A program made the position numbers and the translations under genes. Below the pieces are notes generated by a model. It saw only the letters and a program-made list of their open reading frames with translations. It was not told where the DNA came from and searched no databases. Shown piece after piece: positions 24,966 to 36,590 of a stretch of DNA of 49,695 bases. The stretch lies in NCBI RefSeq assembly GCF_001194135.2, contig NC_068981.1, positions 123,664,130 to 123,713,824 of the forward strand, given 5' to 3'. Each line of letters opens with the position of its first letter. Within the stretch, counting starts at the first letter, position 1. The DNA is from Octopus bimaculoides (Eukaryota).

Positions 24966-25570
24966 CTGGGGGAATTTTGGGCCTGGGTTCTCGTTCCTAA
25001 GGTATTTTTCCGATGTTATTATTATTGTTATTCAGGTCACTGCCTAAAATAAAACTCGGAAACTCGGGGTTCGTAGCTCTTAACCACTACACCATATACC
25101 CATAGGCAATTATGGAGTGAATTTTAGGGCTTATAAATCTAATATTTTCCTATCTTTCCTTAAGACCGGTTCTCATATGCTACTCATATCTGCACTCGGT
25201 TTGCTTAGGAGGTTGTTGTGTCCCAGCATATGTGTTGCTTCTTTTAGTTTTCATATTGTCCAGTGTTGTTCTCTGTCTACTATGTTAACTGCATCCCACA
25301 GTGATAGGTGGTCTCCGTTTTTCCATACATGATCAGCTATACTCGATTTATCAATATCTCCTCGTGTCACAGCCTTGCGATGTTTCTCTAACCTTATTTT
25401 GAGGGGGCGACAAGTTTCGCCGTTGTATAACCTACCACAGCTGCATGGAATGGAGTACGAGCTGTCTTTGGTCATATCCTCTTCAATTGGTGGTTTTACT
25501 CGAAGGAGATATTTGCGAAATGTTGTATTACTCTTGAATACTATCCTGATGTCATTTCAGGCAGTGACCC

Positions 25571-25604
<34 letters not shown>

Positions 25605-26107
25605 TGATTGGAAGTGTTATGTACATTGTTTTGTCTTGGCATAAAAGATGGGCTACAGCAAATATTCTGCTCAATACCACAGATTTGCTTGTCAGTTGCT
25701 TGACCTTAACCAGTTGAGCGTGTCCCTTAATGGATGATGTTATGTGCATCTCTGATCACGAGCAGAAGTAGTGGGGGAGCATCATAGCCATGTGTTAAGA
25801 GGAATTCTTTAGGGTTTGAATAATTCACCTCTGGAAACATGGGTGTTTTGTTCATCATCCTTAAACAAACCTTATTGAAGGACCTTTTGAGCAGGATGGG
25901 TTACTCAACCTGAAAAAATTCTAACTGGACCCCACCTGCAAGGTCATGCGTTATTTATCTTGATATAAGATCACCATGTTGCGCACATGTGGTTGTGATG
26001 CATGTGCCTGGTGTACCTTTATCAGGCGGGTAGTAATGATGAGTATATTGAGCTTAGTATAATTGTACCCCAGTGTCACTTTGTTGGCATGCACTGCTCT
26101 CTCACTC
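25605..26107. mobile_element. ~500-bp unclassified element inserted into the (TAA)n tract of the pseudo-LTR
   Basis: TAA repeats on both sides; removing it rejoins CAGGCAGTGACCCGAAT(AAT)n to ATCGAAAAAATACCTTAGG as in the other copies; no recognisable ORF. Confidence 0.7.
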
Positions 26108-26143
26108 AATAATAATAATAATAATAATAACAATAATAATAAC

Positions 26144-26180
<37 letters not shown>

Positions 26181-26228
26181 TCGAAAAAATACCTTAGGAA
26201 TGAGAAGCTAGGTTCGAAATTTCCCCAG

Positions 26229-26275
26229 GACACGTGATGAAGACTGGAGAGTACATCAGCCGAAACGTTATGTTA
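26229..26275 (+). ncRNA. Minimal hammerhead motif (C3>G lesion)
   Basis: GACAC-GTGATGA-A-GACTG-GAGAGTACAT-CAGCC-GAA-ACGT-T-ATGTT. Confidence 0.55.
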
Positions 26276-26732
26276 ACAACAAACAAGATGGAGACAAATA
26301 TCCATCAAATGTGAATAATGTGAATAATGTACATAATCCCTCATCTCTCAAGTACAGAATCAGGTCAATCTGTTTGCTTCTCAAACAACTCTGCTAACTT
26401 GTCTTTCAAATGTATGACAAAAATATGGGACAGCAAAAGATATATTTTCATAATTGTATTTACTTTTATCTCCTTCATACTCGAAAAATTTGGTTGCTCT
26501 CATAATAACATCAAAGATTACTTACATTGCTTCTATGGACCAAAAGAATGTAGTAATCCCTCAACTATCGCTGGTGATACGTCCCAAAATCCCCGCGGTA
26601 TGTGAAAATCCGCGAAGTAGAAACAATACTGTACTGTATATTTTTTTTATTATTTTTATAATTTGCATATATTTATTTTATTATAAATTCAAAACAACAC
26701 GACAGAGGAATCGAAGTAAGCTTTATTAGTCC

Positions 26733-26937
26733 TTTCTACTGTAGGCACAAGGCCTGAAATTTTGTGGGAGAGGGTAGGCCGATTACATCGACCCCAGTGT
26801 TTAACTGCTACTTATTTTACCGACCCTGAAAGGATGAAAGGCAAAATCAACCTCGGCAGAATTTGAATTCAGAACGTAGCGACGGGCGAAATCTCGCTAA
26901 GCCAGGCGTGCTAACGCTTCTGCCAGCTCGCCGCCTT
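26733..26937 (-). mobile_element. tRNA-derived SINE (family A), full length
   Basis: Minus strand AAGGCGGCGAGCTGGCAGAAGCGTTAGCAC...GAATTCAAATTCTGCCGAGG...CTTTCATCCTTTCAGGGTCGG...GGCCTTGTGCC; many matching copies in the window. Confidence 0.85.
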
Positions 26938-29496
26938 CGTAAGCTTAAATCATAAATCGCGATAGGTGAGGGATTACTGTATACATAAATGATTAAGGAA
27001 AGTGCAATTTGAAATCAGAATGTAAAATTAGGTATGTAAATATTACAGTCGTTTAATCTGATAATTCAGATGCTACTTCCGCTGCCTCTACATATACATA
27101 CTGCCGAAAAAGCTTCAAACTATGTTATTCGTGTTCATATACGGCCACTCTAGAATTTGCATTGCCTAAATTACCTAAGCAACTATGCTCTTGATGATAA
27201 GATCATGTGTGTATTTCCAAGTGCGAGAGGTGCATTGTTTCTTTGAGGAAGGCACTGTATTTCACGTCGCTTTAATTCATTCAGCTAACAAAGAGAGAGA
27301 GGCCCATTTACTGCCAAGTCAGCCAGACAACGATAACAACAGTTATATGACCTAAAACATCCAATCAAGATGAGGGCTACATCAAGCAGTAAACAGCTAT
27401 ATTATTAACTTAATAATAAGTTCAGTTCTGTAGATTGAATGAAACACCGGTTCCTCATAATATAAATGAAACTAACATAAATGGATATGACATTTAATAA
27501 AATGCGCATTAAAGTAACTATAAGGTGGTGCTCCCGCATGGCCTCAGTCATATGACTGAAACAAGTAAAAGAATAAAAGAATATACATGTGTGTTTATCT
27601 TTGTTAATACTTTAAAATATGAACTAAAAAGAACCTGACATAAATGTGGAGATAAGTCTACGAGTCTGCTTACAGTATGAGTACTAAAATGAATCTAGAT
27701 ACTCACACATATTGCAAAGAGGCGGATTAAATGCCTGTCAGTATTTAGTTAATGATCTTCAATTTATAATCTTTAATTTTTACATTCAAATCTCACAGCG
27801 GATGACTTCGTTTGCCACTTTTTTCTAATATTATTCATGTAGTGAAAGTTTCGATTAAATCGATTCGGTGTTCCCTCAACATTTGAGACTCTGATAATGT
27901 GAGAAATCAATATTAATTTATAGTATAAGAATTAGTCAAGTACTACATATTTATTCCAATAATGCCTCCTATGTGTAAGTGCAATTTTATTAGAATATAA
28001 GTTTTATATTAAAGTGAAGAGGTGAAAACGAACGGGCATGCTGGGGAGGGTGAATAAAGGTAATACTGCCATGGGTTTAATGTTTATGGTTTCAAGCGGC
28101 TTCTACTTTTACAAATACTAGTTATATATCATATATATATTTGAAAATGATTTAATTAAAATATAGAAATGAATACTGTTAGACTTTAAAATGATAAAGA
28201 AAAAAATAAAAGCTGAAGAGAAATATTGAAACATAAAGATATAGAGGAAATTCATAAAACTGATATAATTAATGTCAAATGTGAAGTGGAATTAGAGGAG
28301 TTGCAATTAGATTCGCGAGAAATTTCTCCTTATTATTAGATTGTATTGTAGGAAATGTAATAAAAGTCTTTATGAATAAAGAAAGTGATCATTCTAACAT
28401 TGATGTAATTATGTGTTGAATCCTCGAGAGTTAATAGAATGTACAGTCATTGTCATATAATGATTGTCATTTCAGTGTAGTGGATTGGCAGGCTCGTTAA
28501 AACGTAAAAAAAAAAAAAATCCTTCGGGCTTCTCCTTCCGACAGTTTACACTGTAATTTCAAATCGCACTGAGGTTAACTTTACCTTTCATCCTTCCAAT
28601 AGCGATGGAAAAAAAGTATCAGTTAAAAACATGAGTCGATTTAAATCGATGAATGCTTCCCACTAAAATTTCATGCCTTGACTCATGTTTAAAGCAATTA
28701 TTACGTTATTTATTCCTAGATCTGCAATGATCGTATAGATCTGTGATCAAAGACATTCTGTCCAGTGTATCTAAGATCAACCTTAATGCGTGTACCCTAC
28801 ATTATTTCCACTGACAGTAAAGTGCGGTTTGAAGGGAATTCAGCTGTTATTTGTAGCAAGTCAATGGACTAGGTAGAGGTTTCCATGTTGACTCTAAACA
28901 ATATTCTTTATCTGTGTTAGACAAAATAGTATAAACTGAGTTAAATGTATATAGCTGAAATTGAGAGCTTTATGTGAAATTTGGAATGACTCTTCTTGAA
29001 TGTTAAATGTTCCCTAACAGCGACCATTTCAAGTTCTATATTTCATTCTGTGTATATTTTGTTAAGTTTTTGTTTTTCAAGTTTGTGTTCCATACGACCT
29101 GTAGAATCCCTCACATATCACTCTTCTCGTCAAAAAGAATTGAAAATTATAATATTTATTAGTCCAACGGCTAGGCACACCGTATGATGTTCAACAGCTA
29201 CATAGACCACAGGGTTTGTGATCTGCACGGCCAGTCTATAGAGGACGTATATACAAAGAGCCTAATACTGCAAGATGAATGCATCTTGCCCAGTATGGAA
29301 AACTAATGCAGTGAATTATCTAAAAGTTCGTGTTGAGGCAATCCTCTACATTTCACAGAATGTTTATTGCATTTATTAATTTCTCCTCTTTCTTTGTTTT
29401 CGATTTTTGTTTTCATTTAAATTTCTGGCTACATTCAGTTATAATTTAATTAAATCTATTTGAAATAAACATATATAAATAATAATTCCAAATTTC

Positions 29497-30016
29497 AACA
29501 CGGGACCAACAGTTTTTGAGGAGTGGGGTAAGCCGATTACATTGACCTGACTAGTAGTTTATCGATGTAAAATAAATGCGGCCTCGGCGGAATTTGAACT
29601 CAGAGCATGGAGACGGTAAGCATTTTGCTTGGTGTGCCAACGATTCTGCCTTAATATGTACAAATAAGTATATGAAATTTTGGCATCAGACCAGAATATA
29701 CACAAATACTCCTTTCTACTATAAGCACGAGGCCTGGAATTTTGGAAGAGGGAAAACTCGATTACACTCACATCAGTACTTGACTGGTACTTAATTAATC
29801 AACCCCTGAAAATATTAAAGTTAAGTCAGCTTCGGCGGAATTGGCTTCAAATTTTAGCACAAGGCCAGCAATTTCGGGGTAGTGGTAAGTCGATTTAATT
29901 AGTACTTATTTTATCGAACCCAGAAGGTTGAAAGGCAAAGTCAGAACGTAAAGACGGGCGAAAAGCTGCTAATCATTTTGTCCGGCGTCCTAACGATTCT
30001 GCCAGCTCGCCGCCTT
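29497..30016 (-). mobile_element. Three tandem family A SINE copies (29497-29651, 29712-29845, 29855-30016)
   Basis: Each matches 26733-26937; same orientation, variably truncated. Confidence 0.8.
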
Positions 30017-30105
30017 AATATATACAAAGTATTTTATTCTTTTACAAGATTCAGCCTTAAGGTTGTGGCCATGCCAGAGCACCGTTAAATGCATAACTTG
30101 TATGT

Positions 30106-30330
30106 AAGTGGAGGCGCGTGGCTTAGTCGTTAAGGTGTTGGACTCATGATCGTAAAGTTGTGGTTTCTATACCTGGGAAGAGCGACGCGTTGTGTTTCTG
30201 AGTAAAATATTTTATTTCACGTTGCTCCAGCTGCAACTTAGCAGGCAAAAGTGAGTAACTTTGTGACAGACCGGCATCCCATCCAGATGGGGAATATTTA
30301 TTCCCGGGAAACCGGTCCTATGGGTCTATA
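30106..30330 (+). mobile_element. tRNA-derived SINE (family D)
   Basis: GTGGAGGCGCGTGGCTTAGTCGTTAAGG A-box head, GGTTTCTATACC B-box-like, then TTTCACGTTGCTCCAG..GCAAAAGTGAGTA central domain. Confidence 0.65.
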
Positions 30331-30697
30331 CTATTCTGCAAGTAGTCACATCGGAACAATCTTTTCCCCCACAATCTTTAAAATAATGGAGCACACATTG
30401 AATAATGCAATCTTAGATGTATTAAATGGCGTGTTTTGTATCACAAGTGTACTCGTTTGTTACTGACCAGAAGGATGAATCCAAGTGTATAATTCTATTT
30501 AGTCGATCACTCCTGCATGCATCTTTCTTTTATCTCTGCTGATATAATAAATATTCTAATAATAATTTTGTATTTATTAGAAATCATTTCCAATAAGGCT
30601 GTAAGTAAACAGCAATAAAACAGGCCCCAGCCATACATTCAGTATGGTGGGAGTTACAAAACAATATATAAAAGCAGTATATATATATAGTGCTTTC

Positions 30698-30892
30698 ATA
30701 GCTGGCAGAATAGTTACCGCGCCGAGAAAAATGCTTAGCAGCATTTCTTCCAACTTTACGTTCAAATATTACCGGGTTCTACTTTGCCTTTCATCCTCTC
30801 GGGGTTGATAAAATAAATACCAGTTGAACACTGGGGTCGATGTAATCGACTTACTCCTCCTCCGAAATTGCTGCCCTTGTGCAAAAATTTGA
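30698..30892 (+). mobile_element. SINE family A copy
   Basis: Matches the reverse complement of 26733-26937. Confidence 0.75.
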
Positions 30893-31892
30893 TAGATACA
30901 TAGATTGAAAAATAGATTGCGCAAGGTTTTAAAGAATTGGGATGCTATTTATCTAGAAAACAAGAGTACCTTAAGACAAAATGTGAAATAAAAAAAACTA
31001 CTATAACTATTCGATTAATAACTTTAAGGGGACTATTTCTAGTACTACCATTAAATCAAATTAAGCAGAGACATAAGTAAAACTAAGAACTGCACTAGAT
31101 ACTCAATCAACCACATAACAAGAATTAAAACAGTCAGTGAGGGAACCAGTAAGTGAAAGCAGAGCCGTACATCATTGATCTGTAATTAACTAATATATAA
31201 TGAATAAAAGAGAAAGCTGAGCAAGACAGAATTTGAAACTGAAATGTAGAAGCACAACTAAATTACTGCAAGAAATATTTCAACATTCCATTATGTCTCT
31301 GTCATGCATTCTCTGCAGCATTCATTCTCTTAGAAAAGAAATAGAATAATTATAATAAACTTCCTCTACATTTTGTGATAACTATTGAAGAAGTTGTAGT
31401 TTAGTCGTTCCTTTCCTACCACTCATTAAATCTTAAGATTTTAATATTAGTTTGAGATTGAGAGTGAAATGAGTTCATCAAATTAGTTAACAGACATCCT
31501 GTTTGCTAGTCAACTAAGCTGTTTTACATAAGGATCATGTCAATGAAATAAATTATACTGGATCAGATTCCACTTGTAGGATAAGCGAATTGCAGTGAAG
31601 TACTCTCGTACACAAAAATATTGTTGTTGTTTTTTTTTCCTTTCTGATTGCCAAACTTCTAAGCTTTGCAGTATTGAACAAAGACCATCAGTTGCAATTG
31701 TTGTTGTGGCTGTTGTTATTTAGCATGAGGTCAACCCTGATAAAACAGACTTTCGATCCAACACTTACAAACCGTGACTTTTCTGACCTCTTAGAGGTAT
31801 CTGAGAGTACATTATCTAATGTGTCCGTGTTTTTTTATATTATTTTTCACTGAAGTATGAAAATCGAACAATTACATTGTTCACCACAATGC

Positions 31893-32053
31893 AATTTTGG
31901 TATAGGAACAGCAGTTTTTTGAGGGAAGGAGAAGTCCCGAAAAAATAAAAGGCAAAGTCGACCTCGGCGGAATTTGAACTCTGCGCATAAGACAGGCGAA
32001 ATGCCGCTAAGCATTTTGTCTGGCAGGCTAACGATTCTACAAGCTCACCAACT
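31893..32053 (-). mobile_element. SINE family A copy with internal deletion
   Basis: AAAGGCAAAGTCGACCTCGGCGGAATTTGAACT...GCTAAGCATTTTG. Confidence 0.75.
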
Positions 32054-33020
32054 TAAGTGCTACGAATATAACTGAGATACCACTTGTTACAATCAATCGA
32101 ACACCGATTAAAAACAGTCATGTAAGGAAGATATTGTCGAGACAAGACACATGAATAAAAAGTAAATACAATTCTTATTTTATTAGATATCATCAAACAC
32201 TATCATTTGGTCATTTCGAATAAGCAGACATACCTTTTTTTTTATTTTCAACCACTTCATTTTTAAAGGAAAGCTTATAAAAAGTTGTCTACAAAATAGG
32301 CAATCTATATCTATTTATATTTTTCTATTTGAGCGTATCACGTATTTATTTAATTTATCTATGTTTCTATTATATTTCGTTAAATAAACTTCTTAAGTCT
32401 ATGGAAGCTCTTAAAATATTTTATCAGTTCGTCGAGGAAATGTATGTCCCTTCCTGAAGCAACGATGCTCAACGGTTGTAATGAGATGGACGGCAACCAG
32501 CATAGTGAGCTGTATACAGCCCACATAATATTCGTTGGAGTAGAGAAAGAAGTTGTAGGAAGAGAATAGTTACATTATTGTTGAAATCGAAGGCGACAGT
32601 GCAATGAAAGACATGCACTTACTAATGAAATTTGACAAAAGATTCAGTCGAAAATATTCAAATCTGAAGTTTTTTACATAACACCGAAGACTACAATTTG
32701 AAAAGAGTTGCGTAATTCAAGAATGCACAATAAAAATATCATACAATATAGCATGTCTTGCACTGACTAACCAAAAGTTACAGAGAAATGAAAGAAGTAA
32801 TTGCACTAAAAGATGATTCAATCACACAAAAGCAGTAAATAGAATCAATGAAGAAACCAGTTCGTAGTTACTCGATTTGCGAGAAAGAGCGTTCGAATTT
32901 CTTTAAATAAAACCATAAATGTTTGAAAAAGAATTGAAAGGAAAACTTAGCTGATTTTGAGGCGAATCCGGAATCCGAGAATATGGCGTTGATCTCAGTC
33001 GGCAATCCTTAGTTCATTAG

Positions 33021-33233
33021 AAGGCAGCGATCTTGCAGGATCGTTAGCACACCGGCCGAAATGCTTAGCGGTGTGTAGTCAGTCTTGACGTCCTAAGTTC
33101 AAATTCCGCCGAAGTAACCTTTGACTTTCATCCTTTAGGGGTCGATAAGCACCGATTGAACACAGGAGTCGATATTACCGACTTACCCCCCTCCCTTGTA
33201 CTTGCTGGCCTTGTGCCTAAATTTGAAATCAAT
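33021..33233 (+). mobile_element. SINE family A copy, full length
   Basis: AAGGCAGCGA..GTTAGCACACCGGCCGAAATGCTTAGC..GTTCAAATTCCGCCG..GGCCTTGTGCCTAAATTTG. Confidence 0.8.
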
Positions 33234-33802
33234 ATTTGGTCTATTAGATTATTTTGACTATTCCTACAAAAATATGAGGCAAAAATCACGCCTGAAATAT
33301 TCTTGGCCATATGTCGACTCATACATACATATATACATACATACACATATGTATATGTGTATGTATGTATGTATATGTATGTGAATGGATTTATAAAGTA
33401 TATACACACACAGACAGACACAAGGATACTGTGATGTAATATATATTTGTATATGGTGATTGGTGATTGTCATCTCAATTTCAAACGTAAACGTTTTCTC
33501 ATTGCACAAATATACATGTAACAGGCTCAACGGTATTTCTAACATGTGCCCTCAAATGTCTACGTAACACTGATTTTTTCAGAATTATTTTATGAAAAAT
33601 GATCCACATAATTTTGTCAAGAATTATGCCAGCTCAGCCCCAGCTTTGTGCATTATGCCAAAAAAGATGTTCATCGCAGGGGTACAGCTTTGGGTATAAA
33701 GGACTATAGTGCTACGTTGGTGCCGATAGAGCTGTATGTATATAATTATTTAGTAGCAGTTCATGTCTGACAAGTCATACATTTGAAAGTGTAACATCAT
33801 AA

Positions 33803-34049
33803 TAGAAAAAATAATAATCAGGTACTCAGATGTCTGGATGGTTGTACATTTACAGATTTGTATTCATATGTCACATGCTTTATAAATTAGCGCTTTCACC
33901 TAGTCTTGTAGGGTTATCAAACACCGAAGACTTGATAACCCTTCAAGACTAGGTGAAAGCGCTAATTTATAAAGCATGTGACATATGAATAAAAATCTGT
34001 AAATGTACAACCATCCAGACATCTGAGTACTTGATTATTATTTTTTCTA
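33803..34049. repeat. Near-perfect inverted repeat: 118-bp arms, 11-nt loop
   Basis: 33803-33920 vs 33932-34049 with 3 mismatches; loop ACACCGAAGAC; outermost dinucleotides are TA. Confidence 0.95.
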
Positions 34050-34675
34050 ATATATAATTCCTGTACATCACCTCCAAACCTTCCAATATATATATATATA
34101 TATATATATANNNNNNNNNNNNNNNNNNNNNNNNNNNNNNNNNNNNNNNNNNNNNNNNNNNNNNNNNNNNNNNNNNNNNNNNNNNNNNNNNNNNNNNNNN
34201 NNNNNNNNNNNNNNNNNNNNNNNNNNNNNNNNNNNNNNNNNNNNNNNNNNNNNNNNNNNNNNNNNNNNNNNNNNNNNNNNNNNNNNNNNNNNNNNNNNNN
34301 NNNNNNNNNNNNNNNNNNNNNNNNNNNNNNNNNNNNNNNNNNNNNNNNNNNNNNNNNNNNNNNNNNNNNNNNNNNNNNNNNNNNNNNNNNNNNNNNNNNN
34401 NNNNNNNNNNNNNNNNNNNNNNNNNNNNNNNNNNNNNNNNNNNNNNNNNNNNNNNNNNNNNNNNNNNNNNNNNNNNNNNNNNNNNNNNNNNNNNNNNNNN
34501 NNNNNNNNNNNNNNNNNNNNNNNNNNNNNNNNNNNNNNNNNNNNNNNNNNNNNNNNNNNNNNNNNNNNNNNNNNNNNNNNNNNNNNNNNNNNNNNNTAAT
34601 ATATGTTCATATATGTATATATACATATATATATACACACACATACATACATATATACATGCATATCTATGTGTG

Positions 34676-34712
<37 letters not shown>

Positions 34713-36462
34713 GCAAAAGTTAATACCTCTCACTACTAATAGCTTCATATTCCAGTTTTTTTCTTGGAGGTGTGGGAAAATATCTAGTGGAAATGGGCAG
34801 AAAGCGTTAAGGTGAGCAATACATAAATAAATCGAAAGACTTGGTATTTGACAATGTGATAGAATGGATAATAAGAAATAAAATGCTAAATATATATTTG
34901 CATAAATGTTCTTGATTGTAGGCGTGCTTGTATTAAATTGCAATATATAAGATTGTATTTGAAAACTGCCAGTTATTATTATACTATTTGTTGCTGATGA
35001 CATTATATAGAAGGTCAACAATGATTGTGTCATTGACAAGAGAATGCAATAACAAATACCCTCGACAGAATAAATACCTGGAAACTGTTTTACATTTCAA
35101 TATTATGCTACTGTAATTATAAATAGAATCTGATGATGAAGATCGATTTCGCAGATAAACAAGTTTGTATTCAATAATTTATAAAGGGAAATGTATGGGA
35201 AAAAAACATTGATGTGTAAACAATACTTGTAATATTTGTTTTAGAACACGAAGAAGCAAGAAAAAAAGGCAGGCATGCGATGCAATGTTCTGCAATATAA
35301 ATGACAAGAAGGCACGAACGAGGGAAAGAGAGAGAAAGAGTGGAATATACGAAAATATTTTCGACGCATTTTTATGACGATCTTATACATGAGCTAAATA
35401 TATATCACTGTTTTTCTCTGCTAGAAACAGAACAACTTTGCAAATAATGTTATGCAGATTCAAATAAACCAATTTCCATAATATTTCTGGATATTCTCCT
35501 CAACTAATATATATATATATACAGAGAATAATTCCAGAAGGATTTACTTAGTGTTTACTTTGCCTCCATAAGCTGGATTTAGCTTATGTAGGGACATTAT
35601 TGAAGATTGTCCTTTCAAATTTGCTACTTGATCATGTTAACTTAAAAGCATGTTCTATGCTATAAAAATAAATGGACACCTGCTTATCGGCAAACGCAAA
35701 CCATTGATTTTAAATTTGTTAATTTCATATTGTTATCGCCATCTTTAATTTGTGTCACCAAGCTGAACCTATTTACAGCTGAGGTGAATGAGATTGTCAA
35801 CAACAAGTGTTTAAATCCTTCGTAGAGGGGTTCGTTAATGGAAATGCATTAGCGAAACAATCTATTGCTTTGAGTTTCAGAAGTGCAATGAGGAAACATT
35901 ATAACATTATATTTAATATCAAAATGAAGAAAACTTTCTAAGATGATCCGAGGCTCAATGTTTTCAATTCTTATTTGATATATTTTTGTTTTTTATTTTA
36001 TTTCCTCTAAAAAGACATGATTGTGATCAAATCTAATCATTCTTCTCTACCAGTTTGATAACCTTCCCATATATGACATGATTATTTTCTATATTCAAAA
36101 ATGTTTTATTACCATTTTCATATATTTTATTTATATCATAAGAACAAACATTGCCTATAAATTTACATTACGCACACTCAAAATAATCTATGTTTATCTT
36201 GTGTTCATAAAATGATATCATAAAATATAAACGCCAGTTTAAATGAATAAGTAAAAACAAGCCCACTTCACTTGTTTGTTACAGTTTGATATTTATTTAG
36301 CTTAATGTCACTGAAGTTTGAAAGATCTTAGCAGTTAATGCTTATATTACATTCATTTCTAATAAATAATTTGAATGGAAAGGAAAAGCGACTGGGAAGT
36401 GGATGATACTCAACTTGGTTTGTCAAGTTACGAAATGCCGTTGTTGATTAAGTACAATATAT

Positions 36463-36590
36463 TTTCTACTCTAGGCACAAGGGCTGAAATTTTGGGTGAA
36501 GGGGGGCCAGTCGATCAGGTCGATTCCAGTACACAACTGGTACTTAATTTATCGACCCCGAAAGGATGAAAGGTAAAAACGACCTCAGTG
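36463..36590 (-). mobile_element. SINE family A 3' half
   Basis: AGGCACAAGGGCTGAAATTTTGGG..ATCGACCCCGAAAGGATGAAAGG. Confidence 0.75.

Larger units (their letters stand above)
24872..26350 (-). mobile_element. 5'-truncated Penelope-like element: GIY-YIG remnant, 3' pseudo-LTR (24872-25101) and inverted 5' pseudo-LTR (25555-26350, interrupted)
   Basis: ORF 25251..25475(-) YSIPCSCGRLYNGETCRPLKIRLEKHRKAV..SSIADHVW is a Penelope GIY-YIG domain; flanking units match each other in inverted orientation and match 15127-15685. Confidence 0.88.

Noticed and set aside
28220-28340. Short frame REILKHKDIEEIHKTDIINVKCEVELEELQ resembling a zinc-finger-protein linker
   Set aside because: About 40 codons bounded by stops, no splice sites or fingers nearby
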